This document shows positions 1 to 8,248 of a stretch of DNA of 64,000 nucleotides, one piece after another. The notes below the pieces were generated by a model, which was given only the letters and a program-made list of their open reading frames with translations, was not told where the DNA came from and searched no databases. Position 1 is the stretch's first letter; the number at the start of each line of letters is the position of its first letter. Location of the stretch: positions 2,668-66,667 of the forward strand of contig JBKPAM010000008.1 in NCBI GenBank assembly GCA_046726435.1, given 5' to 3'. This stretch comes from Actinomycetota bacterium (lineage in GTDB: Bacteria > Actinomycetota > Thermoleophilia > Gaiellales > Gaiellaceae). Made by a program: the position numbers and the translations under genes.

Positions 1-146
1 TCTCAGCCGAGGCGGTCTGCACGCATCCGACCAGCATCAGCGGCGCAGGGCCCGCCGCGGCTCTTCATCGCGCCCACAAGTAGTCGGAACATCGCGGCGG
101 CGAGGGGGTGTGAACCCTTCGCCGCCGCTGCGCTTCCCCGCTCCTG

Positions 147-207
147 CTCTAGACTCGCTAACGCCGTCCCGGCCCCGGAGAGGAGGAGCCGTCGACCTCG
201 CAGGGCC
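147..207 (+). repeat. Copy 1 of a ~60-nt promoter/5'-end module (TAGACT -10 box, GGAGGAGG, GTCGACCTCGCAGGGCC), also at 2316-2372 and 8501-8559
   Basis: By-eye alignment of three copies; TAGACT at 150-155. Confidence 0.7.
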
Positions 208-217
208 ATCCGTAACG

Positions 218-499
218 ATGATTCTCGGCGAGCGAAAGCTGCCGCTGACGCGGGCTGAGGCAAGCGAGCTGCGCGACCTGCTCGTCGAGCGCAATCTTGC
301 CCTGCTGGCACTCCAGTCTGAGCTAGCGCGAGTGCTGCAGGCCGACTCGGAGCGGCCGGATGTTCTTGCGGATGAGGGGATGCGGCAGGAGCTACTGCTT
401 TGCCTCGATGCTGCCGACGCCGAGCTCCAGTTGGCGGAAGGGCTGCGGAGGCTCCGCCAGGCCGCCCGGGTGCCGATCTCACCAAAGCCTGAGTTTTAG
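218..499 (+). CDS. hypothetical small protein, Leu/Glu/Arg-rich helical (93 aa)
   Basis: Inside track ORF 110..499; first ATG after the conserved leader; no family recognised. Confidence 0.4.
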   Translation: MILGERKLPLTRAEASELRDLLVERNLALLALQSELARVLQADSERPDVLADEGMRQELLLCLDAADAELQLAEGLRRLRQAARVPISPKPEF

Positions 500-600
500 A
501 GAGCGCTCTCGGCTTGACTCTTCACGCAGGTTCGCGTGGTGCTTGACGCGGGCAGAACAAAGGTGCGGCAGGGGACTGCGGCACGGCATTACGCGCCCTC

Positions 601-901
601 ATGCGGCGGGGCGCGGACGCCTCGGTTACCCTGCCGCGTCCGGAGGTACCGCCGCTCAACCTCAGCGATGCGCTTGAGCTGACGATCCGTGATCGCGCGC
701 ACGGACCCGCGCCGGCATCCGCGCTTCGCCGCTCGCTGGCTGCTCCGCTACCTCGAGGAGGCCGACGGCGTGACGATGGACGAGGGGGCGATGGCAGCCT
801 CGCTTCTAGCTTCGATGCGCACGCGGAGGGGTGTCGGGCGAGCCACGCTCTCACCAGTTGATGGCGGCCTCCCTTACCTCAGTGCTGTACGCACCCCATG
901 A
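601..901 (+). pseudogene. frameshifted remnant of a hypothetical-protein family (..LNLSDALELT / ..RFAARWLLRYLEE..)
   Basis: Sense continues from ORF 601..861 into ORF 689..901 only with a 1-nt shift near 680-690; degenerate paralog fragment at 8553-8705. Confidence 0.3.
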
Positions 902-939
902 TGCGCCTGGCGAGGGTCGACTTCAACCGTGCGGAAGCC
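801..939 (+). repeat. ~130-bp segment duplicated in direct orientation at 7325-7450
   Basis: By-eye alignment (cgcttcta.cttcgatgcgcacgcgg ... gatggcggcctcc ... atgatgcgcct...gaggg.cgacttcaaccg); roughly 80 percent identical with one ~13-nt indel. Confidence 0.75.
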
Positions 940-1104
940 TGTGGCCGCGCGCGCTTAGAGGCCAACTCGAGTTTCCCACGCCTGCCTGGCGCCAGCGTCC
1001 CGTTGCTCGCATCGCTCGCAGCGACCAGCACGTTAGAGGGGACGGCGCACCCTGGATGGGAGAGAGGATTTGACGCAAACCCGCACGGTCAGCCGTACTC
1101 TTCG

Positions 1105-2289
1105 ATGACAGAAGGACCCGCCGTGTACCGCCGAGATCGACTCCGTCGAGCGCTGATCTTGGGCCTTGCCCTGACTGCGGTCGCCCTCGCCACAGGAGCG
1201 CTCGCCCCGGAGTCCGTGGGAGTTACAGCGGGAGGGAATCCCGCGCGGAGAAGCGACTCGCCCCCGGCTCGCCCGCTACTGACCTACGTCGCCTCGAATG
1301 GCGGTATCTGCCTTGTCCGCGTCGACGGCTCCGACCCGGTGCGCCTGACACCACGCTGGAAGCACATTGGTAGTCCTGCCTGGTCGCCGCGCGGCCGCTA
1401 CGTCGCCTTCGGACGGCAAACCGGTGAGGAGCAGAGCAAGATCTTCGTGGCAGACGCGCGCGGGAGGGTCCGCTGGTACTTCGGTCTCGGTCGGAACGAC
1501 GGTGGTCCGCTCTGGGCTCCCGACGGACGCCATATCGCCTACTTCGCCGGCTGGGCTCACATCTTCGCCCTCGCGGTCGCGCGCATGAACGGCTTGGACG
1601 ATAAAGGCGTGGCCACGAGCCCCGCCTTTCCGACCTACGGTCCCGGTGATCCGGCCTGGACTGCCGACGGGCAGCGACTTGCCTTCGACGACGGCAACTT
1701 CTTTGACACGCTCCCGGGCATCTTCACCGTCGCCCTTGACGGTAGCGATCGCCAGCTGCTGGTCGCCGATGCCCTGAGCCCAGCCTTCTCGCCGGACGGG
1801 AAGGAGCTCGCCTACGTCTCCTTCCACTACTCACAGCAGCACGGCGTCAACGAGCAGGGCGGCATCTTCGTCGCAGATGCGGACGGGACGAATCCGCGTC
1901 TGCTTGCGGCCCAGACGGGTGAATGGCCCAAAGAGTTGGACTGGTCGACGCCAGCGTGGTCGGCGGACGGGACGCGCCTGGCCTTTCTCCGATACACCCT
2001 TCTGTACGGGCGGGCAGTTCAAACCGACCTCGTCGTCGTCAAAGCAGATGGGAGCGGCGAGCGCGTCCTCGCTTCCGGGACGCCCTCAGCCGGGCTGACG
2101 CCTCCAGTTTGGTCGCCGGGCGGAAAGTACCTCGCCTTCGAGCGGTATTCGACCGGTGCGATCGTTGCGGCGCGCCCCGACGGCGGCCGCCAGCGGGTGG
2201 TTGTCCAACGCTCCGGCGGCGGTTCCCCCGCCTGGCGCCCTGCGGTAGCCCTGCCGGGGGCAAAGCGTCCTCCGTGCCCGAGACGATAG
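1105..2289 (+). CDS. TolB-like beta-propeller (PD40/WD40-like repeat) protein with N-terminal membrane anchor/signal
   Basis: Repeated SPAWSPRGRYVAF / GPLWAPDGRHIAY / DPAWTADGQRLAF / SPAFSPDGKELAY / TPAWSADGTRLAF / PPVWSPGGKYLAF motifs; start moved to in-frame ATG 1105 before the hydrophobic LILGLALTAVALA segment. Confidence 0.8.
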   Translation: MTEGPAVYRRDRLRRALILGLALTAVALATGALAPESVGVTAGGNPARRSDSPPARPLLTYVASNGGICLVRVDGSDPVRLTPRWKHIGSPAWSPRGRYVAFGRQTGEEQSKIFVADARGRVRWYFGLGRNDGGPLWAPDGRHIAYFAGWAHIFALAVARMNGLDDKGVATSPAFPTYGPGDPAWTADGQRLAFDDGNFFDTLPGIFTVALDGSDRQLLVADALSPAFSPDGKELAYVSFHYSQQHGVNEQGGIFVADADGTNPRLLAAQTGEWPKELDWSTPAWSADGTRLAFLRYTLLYGRAVQTDLVVVKADGSGERVLASGTPSAGLTPPVWSPGGKYLAFERYSTGAIVAARPDGGRQRVVVQRSGGGSPAWRPAVALPGAKRPPCPRR

Positions 2290-2315
2290 CGCTGACGGGC
2301 GCCCGAGGGATCTCG

Positions 2316-2372
2316 CTCTAGACTCGGAAAGCCGACCGGCCCCGGGGAGGAGGAGTGTCGACCTCGCACGGC
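2316..2372 (+). repeat. Copy 2 of the ~60-nt promoter/5'-end module
   Basis: TAGACT at 2319-2324, GGGGAGGAGGA then GTG at 2355 opening a V-S-T-S-H-G reading frame. Confidence 0.7.
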
Positions 2373-2400
2373 TACCCTACTCGCGTTGAGCCTAGGCTGA

Positions 2401-2833
2401 GAGGCGCAACCGGTACACGCCCTCTATCTCCTCCGGCACGCGAAGTCCAGCTGGGCTGACCCAGGGCTCGCGGATCGTGAGCGGCCGCTGGCGCCTCGCG
2501 GGCGCCGGGACGCGAAGCGGATCGCCAAGCACCTGCGCGCGCTCGACTCTGGGCCCGAGCTCGTCCTTTGCTCCCCGGCGGCGCGCACGCGCGAGACGCT
2601 CGAACTGGTGCGCGCTCGAACTGGTGCGGCCCGCGCTCGGCGCGGCGAAGGTCAAGCTTGAGGAGGAGCTGTACGCCGCTTCCTCCAAGGAATTACTCGC
2701 GCGCATTCTTCTCGTTCCCGACTCGGTCGCCTCGGTGATGCTGATCGGCCACAATCCGGGCCTCCACGAGCTTGCTCTGGCCCCGGGGCAGGCGGCGCTC
2801 GTGGCGTACGTGGTTCCAAAGCAGCTTGGCTGA
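2401..2833 (+). pseudogene. SixA-like histidine phosphatase, frameshifted by a 16-bp tandem duplication
   Basis: Frame 1 reads LYLLRHAKSSW..RPL..RG..AKRIAKHL..PELVLCSPAARTRETLELV. Frame 2 (track ORF 2477..2833) reads RPALGAAKVKLEEELY..VMLIGHNPGLHELA. No canonical start codon seen upstream of LYLLRHA. Confidence 0.7.
2598..2629 (+). repeat. 16-bp tandem duplication (gctcgaactggtgcgc / gctcgaactggtgcgg)
   Basis: Two adjacent units, 15/16 identical; removing one restores ..ETLELVRPALGAAKV.. in frame. Confidence 0.9.
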
Positions 2834-2862
2834 CGCCGTCAGCTTCACCATCCGCGCTGTTG

Positions 2863-3282
2863 TCAGACATGACGGCATCGTGGCGGAGCCCCGGGGACGG
2901 CTATGCGCTCGTTAGAGGATCGCCGCTTGCGGCGTCGCTTCACGCCGTTCGCATCCTCGCAGAGAGCAAGCCGCTCGCTCAGCCGCGCGATCTCGGCGTC
3001 CTGTCGCCAGATGACCTCCTCGAGCATCGCGATCTTCTGCCGCGTGTTCTCGGCCGCGATACTGGCGCCGTCGCCGTAGTTGCAGCGCCCGCAGGCGGCG
3101 GCCAGTTTCGAGGGCTCCCAGAACAAGTGCGGCGCCTGCGAGCTCGGGACGATGTGATGTGCGGTCGTCGCGTGGCCGCGACAGCGCGGCCCTTCGATCC
3201 GGCAGGCGTAGCCGTCGCGCTCGAGCACGGCTCGCCGGAGCCGCTGCCAGGCTGCAGTCGAATATCGAGGGTCGCGGCTCAT
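2863..3282 (-). CDS. HNH endonuclease
   Basis: W-x-RLRRAVLERDGYACRI...HHIVP...CGRCN pattern; start set at MSRDPRY (ATG 3282) within track ORF 2863..3351. Confidence 0.8.
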   Translation of the reverse strand: MSRDPRYSTAAWQRLRRAVLERDGYACRIEGPRCRGHATTAHHIVPSSQAPHLFWEPSKLAAACGRCNYGDGASIAAENTRQKIAMLEEVIWRQDAEIARLSERLALCEDANGVKRRRKRRSSNERIAVPGAPPRCRHV

Positions 3283-3456
3283 CCCGGCGGCTCGTCTCGA
3301 GCGAGTGCCTCGAGCGTCTGCTCCGGCGTTGCCACGGTCGCGGTTTCCCACCGTGCAACCAGCGTCTAGTGAGGCAACGGCGGCCGTGACAGAGGGTAGC
3401 TCACTTCCGCGAGCCGGAAGGCTTCGGTCGAGGTCGTCGGCGGTCGACGGCTCGGA

Positions 3457-3924
3457 CTAGCGCTGGACTGGCGGCAGGACTGCGTCCGGCGCAGGCTCCA
3501 CCGCAGGCGCCTTCTCTGAGCGCGCCTTAATCATCGTGAACAGGGAGCCGAAGGCAATCATGGCTCCACCGATGGTCATCGCGTAGAGGCCCCAGCCCAC
3601 CGAGGCGTGAACGTACTCGCTGCGTGCCTCATCGATGCCGTTCGTGATCTTGACGAGGTAGTAGATGCCATCTCCAACGATCACCAGCCCGAGGATCGCG
3701 GTCACTACGAGCGCCAACTCGGTTCGCTTCCGCAGCGCATACAAGGCGAGCAACACGCCTGCGGCCGCAGCGGCCAGGGCGAGGTACTTCCCGTCCTCGA
3801 CGTCGAGGCCGTTGACGCTGATCGAGATGAGGCTGATCACCTTCGCCCACGGGCCGATCAGCCCGAGGAACGTGAGGCCGACGCCAGCGGCGGCAACCCA
3901 AAAGTGCGGCACGAGTTTCTTCAC
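3457..3924 (-). CDS. hypothetical integral membrane protein (about 4 TM segments)
   Basis: Hydrophobic segments; AGGAGG 8 nt upstream of GTG at 3924 (VKKLVPHFW..). Confidence 0.65.
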   Translation of the reverse strand: MKKLVPHFWVAAAGVGLTFLGLIGPWAKVISLISISVNGLDVEDGKYLALAAAAAGVLLALYALRKRTELALVVTAILGLVIVGDGIYYLVKITNGIDEARSEYVHASVGWGLYAMTIGGAMIAFGSLFTMIKARSEKAPAVEPAPDAVLPPVQR

Positions 3925-4087
3925 TATCTGATCCTCCTGTCTGTTGCGCATTCGCCTCATTGCTCTCCCCTGATCGGCCTCAGAGCCCGATCGCTACCTG
4001 ACCAAGGCGCGTCATGCTGTGCGCCCGCGCCCGCTGGGTATAGGCTCGCCCTAGGCCGTCCGGCCCCAGACGGAAAGGAGGGATCGG

Positions 4088-4228
4088 ATGGGAGGGTTCC
4101 TGTTTAGGCTCGAGACGGTTGACGGCTCGCCCGTGCAGCCGTCGTCGCTCGAGAGCGCGGTGCCGAACTGGGCGCCGGGTGACGTCCTGGTCAGCGCGCG
4201 CTCCGCAGACGAAACGGCTGTCGCCTGA
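4088..4228 (+). CDS. small hypothetical protein (46 aa), possibly truncated paralog of the fragment at 4751-4915
   Basis: AGGAGGG 5 nt upstream of ATG 4088; MGGFLFRLETVDGSPVQPSSLESAVPNWAPGDVLV..; below the track length cutoff. Confidence 0.3.
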   Translation: MGGFLFRLETVDGSPVQPSSLESAVPNWAPGDVLVSARSADETAVA

Positions 4229-4340
4229 AGGGGCAACGGCACACGTTGCGCGTCGGGCGGGCAAGCGAGGACGGCATCGCAAGGGACGCTCGCGTGAGAC
4301 GGGCCTCTGGAATCGGCTGATTGACCCGCGCAAGGGCGAA

Positions 4341-4380
4341 GAACTAGAAGAAAAGGAGAAGAACTAGAAGAAAAGGAGAG
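4341..4380 (+). repeat. 20-bp tandem direct repeat x2 (gaactagaagaaaaggaga[a/g]) in an AT-rich pocket
   Basis: Read directly; 19/20 identical units. Confidence 0.9.
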
Positions 4381-4462
4381 AAGGTGATACCGTGAAAAAC
4401 GACGGAGGAACACGCCGCTAGTCCAGTTGTCGGGGGGCAACCCCGGGGGATTAGGGTACGCA

Positions 4463-4750
4463 ATGTTCCACGATCAGAACTACGGGCAGCAGCTTCCCCG
4501 CGAGCGGATCGAGTACCTGCAAGCCGAGTACCGGCGGGCGGACGCACGACAGGCAGCCCGTTCGCGTCACGCCGCGCCAGTCGCCAACTCTCGACCAGGC
4601 AGCGCCTCGGGTATCTCCCCAACAAGTGCCTCGGGCCCGCTGATCGTCAGCGGCCGTCCTGATCGCATCAGTCCGAGCAGCTTGCCGCGCTTAACGCGCG
4701 CGCTTCTGAGCCTGCGCGCGCCCGCGTCTGGGCTCAGCGCACAGCGGTGA
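4463..4750 (+). CDS. hypothetical protein (MFHDQNYGQQLPRERIEYLQAEYRRADARQAAR..), low-complexity tail
   Basis: In-frame ATG inside track ORF 4427..4750; TAGGGT 5 nt upstream; weak coding signal after the first ~40 codons. Confidence 0.25.
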   Translation: MFHDQNYGQQLPRERIEYLQAEYRRADARQAARSRHAAPVANSRPGSASGISPTSASGPLIVSGRPDRISPSSLPRLTRALLSLRAPASGLSAQR

Positions 4751-4915
4751 TCGTGCTCGGTCGCCAGGCAGGTTGCCGCGTGGCCGCTCGGGGTCGCCGG
4801 GCAAGTCATCGAGCGGGTGATCACGCTCAGCCGCAGCCGGCAGCTGCGCTTCGTCCAGTTGCGGGACGACGACGCCGAGCGGCCGCCGGTGCTGGTCGTC
4901 GAGGACGTGGCCTGA
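4751..4915 (+). pseudogene. start-less C-terminal fragment of a small-protein family (..QLRFVQLRDDDAERPPVLVVEDVA)
   Basis: Open frame bounded by TGA 4748-4750 and TGA 4913-4915; no plausible N-terminal start codon. Confidence 0.3.
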
Positions 4916-5061
4916 TCGGCCACTAGCGCCGCTCACCGTCGTCTCGTAGGTTCGCGTGGGGCCGGGTCGCGCAGCACGAGCACCCGCGCGCGCAGGGCGT
5001 TCAGCTCGCCGACACGCCCGCTGGTCGATTCCACCGCGTCCCAGCGGTACGCTCGCATTGG

Positions 5062-5550
5062 ATGAGCAAGTCCTGGCCTGGAGGTAGTTCACAGGACACC
5101 CACCTCCGAGCGTGGCGAGAGCTGACGCCCGAGCAGCTGGCGGCATGGTCAGGCTTCCTCTGGACTCACGCCCACGTCGTTCGGACACTGGATCGCGAGC
5201 TCGAGCAGGAGCACGGGATACCCCTCGCGTCGTTCGACGTGCTGTTTCAGCTCAGCATCGCTCGCAACGGGGAGCTGTCGATCTCCGCACTGGCTGATGC
5301 CATCGTTCTCAACCAGAGCGGGTTGACTGGCCTGGTCGACCGACTCCAGAGCAGTGGATTCGTGCAGCGGGAACGGCGTGAAGCCGACCCACGCGAGATC
5401 CACGTCCGAATTACCGACCGCGGTATCGAGATCCTCGCGCAGGTCACGCCGACGCACATCTCCAGTATCAGGAAGCATTTTCTTAAGCGTCTCTCCGACA
5501 AGCAGACGGAGCAGCTAGCCATGATCTGGCACGCGCTACTCGCCCGGTGA
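5062..5550 (+). CDS. MarR family transcriptional regulator
   Basis: Winged-HTH pattern (LSISALADAIVLNQSGLTGLVDRLQSSGFVQRERREADPREIHVRITDRG); TACGCT box 8 nt upstream of the ATG. Confidence 0.9.
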   Translation: MSKSWPGGSSQDTHLRAWRELTPEQLAAWSGFLWTHAHVVRTLDRELEQEHGIPLASFDVLFQLSIARNGELSISALADAIVLNQSGLTGLVDRLQSSGFVQRERREADPREIHVRITDRGIEILAQVTPTHISSIRKHFLKRLSDKQTEQLAMIWHALLAR

Positions 5551-5849
5551 CCGTGCCGGTGCTGGCGAGGCTCATCGGTCGTGGGCGTGGGGGCGGCGGC
5601 CGCTCCCCATGCCCGTGCTATCTGGGTAGGGCGCGAAGGCAACACCGAGGGAACACGAGCGGGGCAGCGCGCGGGCGTATTCGCCTTGGGGCGATTCCTT
5701 CCTCTTGCGGGGCTTTCGCGTCCGAGACGATCTGAAGCTGCCTGCGGCGGTATCAGTCCTAACCGCCTAGGCTGACGAATGCCGCTCCCGGTGCCTCAGC
5801 CACCGAGGGCGGCTCATGGGAGCGCTGGCCGCATGCCAGGGAATCCCTC

Positions 5850-5874
5850 GCGGGGTCGATTCCCGCCGCCTCCA
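5850..5874 (+). other. tRNA/tmRNA-like 3' end fragment (T-arm plus 3' acceptor strand)
   Basis: gcggg-gtcgatt-cccgc followed by cgcctcc-a resembles ..GGGTTCGATTCCCGCCGCCTCCA. T-loop begins with G rather than T, and no matching 5' acceptor or anticodon arm lies upstream. Confidence 0.5.
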
Positions 5875-5877
5875 TCA

Positions 5878-5935
5878 TCGACCGAAGTCCGCTGCGGCTA
5901 ACGCCGCAGCATGACGACTTCGGTCGATTTTCTTT
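5878..5935 (+). terminator. intrinsic terminator (nested hairpin plus T-tract)
   Basis: tcgaccgaagtc(5878-5889) pairs with gacttcggtcga(5916-5927); inner gctgcgg/ccgcagc; followed by ttttcttt. Confidence 0.7.
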
Positions 5936-6001
5936 AGCGGAGAGCCGCAGCGAGCCGACGCCGGCAAAGCCCGGCATCGGCGGCGAGTTGAGGAGAGAAC
6001 G

Positions 6002-6109
6002 TCACAGCTTTGGCACGGTGTCTGACACCGTCGATCGAGCGAGGGCACGCCTGATCTCGCCGACCGTCAACTGCTCGAGCTCGGACGGTGGGCTCTCTGC
6101 ATGGTTCAT
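6002..6109 (-). CDS. small ORF (35 aa) translationally coupled to the excisionase-like gene
   Basis: ATGA overlap with the upstream stop; GGAGAGGAG before the ATG; MNHAESPPSELEQLTVGEIRRALARSTVSDTVPKL. Confidence 0.3.
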   Translation of the reverse strand: MNHAESPPSELEQLTVGEIRRALARSTVSDTVPKL

Positions 6110-6324
6110 GGTGTGCTCCTCTCCTCGTTTGAAAGCGGCCCGGTCCGCGTCCTTTGAAGCTCGGAGACGAGCAGCGCTGGAATTCTGATCGTCGTGCTCC
6201 CGACCCTCACCGCGGGAAGCGCGCCTCGGTGGATCTGGCTATAGATCGTCTGACGCGAGAGGCCGAGCAGCTTGGCCGCCTCGCGCGGGCTGAGAAACTG
6301 GGCACGTGTCTCAGTTGCATTCAT
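6106..6324 (-). CDS. excisionase-family helix-turn-helix DNA-binding protein
   Basis: FLSPREAAKLLGLSRQTIYSQIHRGALPAVRVGSTTIRIP is the typical Xis/MerR-like HTH signature. Confidence 0.8.
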   Translation of the reverse strand: MNATETRAQFLSPREAAKLLGLSRQTIYSQIHRGALPAVRVGSTTIRIPALLVSELQRTRTGPLSNEERSTP

Positions 6325-6609
6325 TATTAGCCAAGCTTATTCCCTTGATCGGTTGGCATAAGGTGAGGGTAGACGGGTGAGAACGCCGTCTCCCGCCTAC
6401 GCGGCAGCGGGAGGTAGCCGGCGCGTGGACACTGCGCCCAGAAAACTCGCGAAAGAAGACACGCGCCGCGTGAGATGTTCTTCCGCCGACCGTTCGCGGA
6501 CAACGACGAGAACGAGCCGAGGGCCGCATGACCGCGAGCGCCTCGCTCTGTTCTCCTTCACGGTGAGAGGGCGACCGCGCACGAGCCGCAGTCGCCCTCG
6601 GGGTCGCGG

Positions 6610-7231
6610 TTAGGTCATCTGAATCGCCTTCGAGCTGGCCGTCAGGTCAACTGGCGTGCCATTGAGCGTGCCGTGGAACGTGAACCGGAAGACGTAGCTG
6701 CCGGTCGGCTCGGTGCTCCCGTGAAAAAAGCCGTCGTAGAAACCGATCGTGTTCTCGCCCGGGAGAATCGCCGGGTTGAGGACGGTGGTGCAGGGCGGAG
6801 GCGCGATCGGATCGCCGCAGGTAACCGTCGACGGCCAGCGACCGGACGTGCCGAGCCGGTCGCTCACGTTCGGAGGCGGCGTGAGCGTCTCCTGACTGAA
6901 GACCGCTCCGTCGACGAGGATCGTCTCGTCGACGCTGGTGAGCACAAATGCGTTGGGCACGTTTGCTCGACGCCCTCCCACGAGCTCATTGGCCGGCGAA
7001 TTCGAATTGATGATGTGGGCGTAGATCCAGGTTAAGTTCGCGGCCGTGCAATCAGGCCCAGAACAGGGCGACAGCGGCCCGCGATTCGACAGGACGACCT
7101 AGGCGGAAAGCCCGTCTCCCGGCGATGCAGCCTTTGCCGATGACGTCGTTAGGTCACACCCCTGACAACGACGGCGGTAGCTGCGGCCGCGGCGACGGCG
7201 AGAGCCGCTGCGACAAGGAGCAGTCGCTTCA
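6610..7231 (-). pseudogene. disrupted secreted protein
   Basis: GGAGGG-N7-ATG at 7231 opens a signal peptide (MKRLLLVAAALAVAAAAATAVVV) that stops after 27 codons. The body (track ORF 6610..6981, open back to 7098) is in another frame, with a TAG at 7099-7101. Confidence 0.45.
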
Positions 7232-7324
7232 TTTGTGTTCCCTCCTACCTGCCCTCATGGACCCGGTTGGGTCATTGCCTGTCCGCAGACAAAGGCTCGC
7301 GAACGTCTCTAACGTGGCGCTAAC

Positions 7325-7450
7325 GCGCTTCTAACTTCGATGCGCACGCGGGAGCCGCGCCTCTTCCCTCCCGGATGGCGGCCTCCTTCCCTCAGTGCCG
7401 TACGTCACCGATGATGCGCCTCCCGAGGGCCGACTTCAACCGGGCGCAGC
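7325..7450 (+). repeat. second copy of the ~130-bp segment at 801-939
   Basis: See 801-939. Confidence 0.75.
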
Positions 7451-7612
7451 CCGTATCTCAGCCGTGCTTGCGCTTGTAGGCGAGCTCGAGCTTTTGCGCC
7501 TGCCTGAGAGTCAGCGTCTCGTACAAACCTCTTGTGCCAGGCGTTCTCTGTCCGGCGCTCTTGTGCGCCTGTGAGGGGCGGCGGGAGCGCCCCTCACTCC
7601 TTGCGGACTCGA

Positions 7613-8248
7613 TTAGCAGTTGTGGCAGATGATCACGGTCCCGGACACCGCCGTTCCAAGGTCGGCGAAGAGCAGATCGCCCGTGCCGAGGCTGGTGCCA
7701 TCGACGGTTGCGGTTGCGGTCGCCTGGCGGTCGGTCCCCGTGAAGTGATCTACCTCGTGGAACCCGTCCTGGTGGAAGTTCTGGTTGAAAGTGCCTCGAG
7801 CGATGGGACCCTCGCCGGTCCAGTTGGCTGAGACGTCGACCGTGCCGGCATCGCTGCAGCCGATCAGGTTGAAGTCCGCGTCGTAGCTGCAGCTGGTCAC
7901 GGGCACCGTTGCGCTCGCAGTGGCTGACGAGAGCTGACCGGCGACGCTGAACGAGACGCCGCTGTCCGCCTCCCCGAACACGTCCGTTGCCCCGGTGAAG
8001 TTGCCGTTGCTGTCGAAGTTTTCGGTGAACTCGTCGAGGAACAGGAGCGCATTCCCCCGCTTGTCTTTCTGGGCGAAGACGAACGTATCGGTGAACGAGG
8101 AGCTCGTCTGCGTTTCCCAGAGCGCTTCGGCGAAGGAACCGTTGAATTGGAAGTGGAAGGTCTCCGCCGGCGCAGCAGCGGCTGTGCTGCTGCCCCCGCC
8201 AAGCGCGACCAACGCAAAGAGGACTAACAACAAAGTGATGCGTCGCAT
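7613..8248 (-). CDS. secreted hypothetical protein (211 aa)
   Basis: GAGGAGG before the ATG; signal peptide MRRITLLLVLFALVALGGG; Asn/Phe/Thr/Ser-rich composition atypical of GC-driven noise; overlapping ORF 7458..8432 rejected. Confidence 0.7.
   Translation of the reverse strand: MRRITLLLVLFALVALGGGSSTAAAAPAETFHFQFNGSFAEALWETQTSSSFTDTFVFAQKDKRGNALLFLDEFTENFDSNGNFTGATDVFGEADSGVSFSVAGQLSSATASATVPVTSCSYDADFNLIGCSDAGTVDVSANWTGEGPIARGTFNQNFHQDGFHEVDHFTGTDRQATATATVDGTSLGTGDLLFADLGTAVSGTVIICHNC

Noticed and set aside
525-538. 12-mer aggttcgcgtgg shared between 527-538 and 4950-4961.
   Set aside because: The flanks do not align. A single short match is too weak to interpret.
5589-5874. Possible complete tmRNA (ssrA): GGGGGCG at 5589 could pair with the 3' acceptor strand at 5867-5873.
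   Set aside because: There is no GGNTTCGAC D-loop-like segment and no plausible tag ORF ending in ..LAA/VAA. At ~290 nt it is short. The T-loop starts with G rather than T. Kept only as a 3' end remnant.
5790-5874. Possible intact tRNA ending at 5874.
   Set aside because: No 5' acceptor strand complementary to cgcctcc lies within 70-95 nt. The candidate anticodon loop (ccgcatg) lacks U33 and a purine at position 37.
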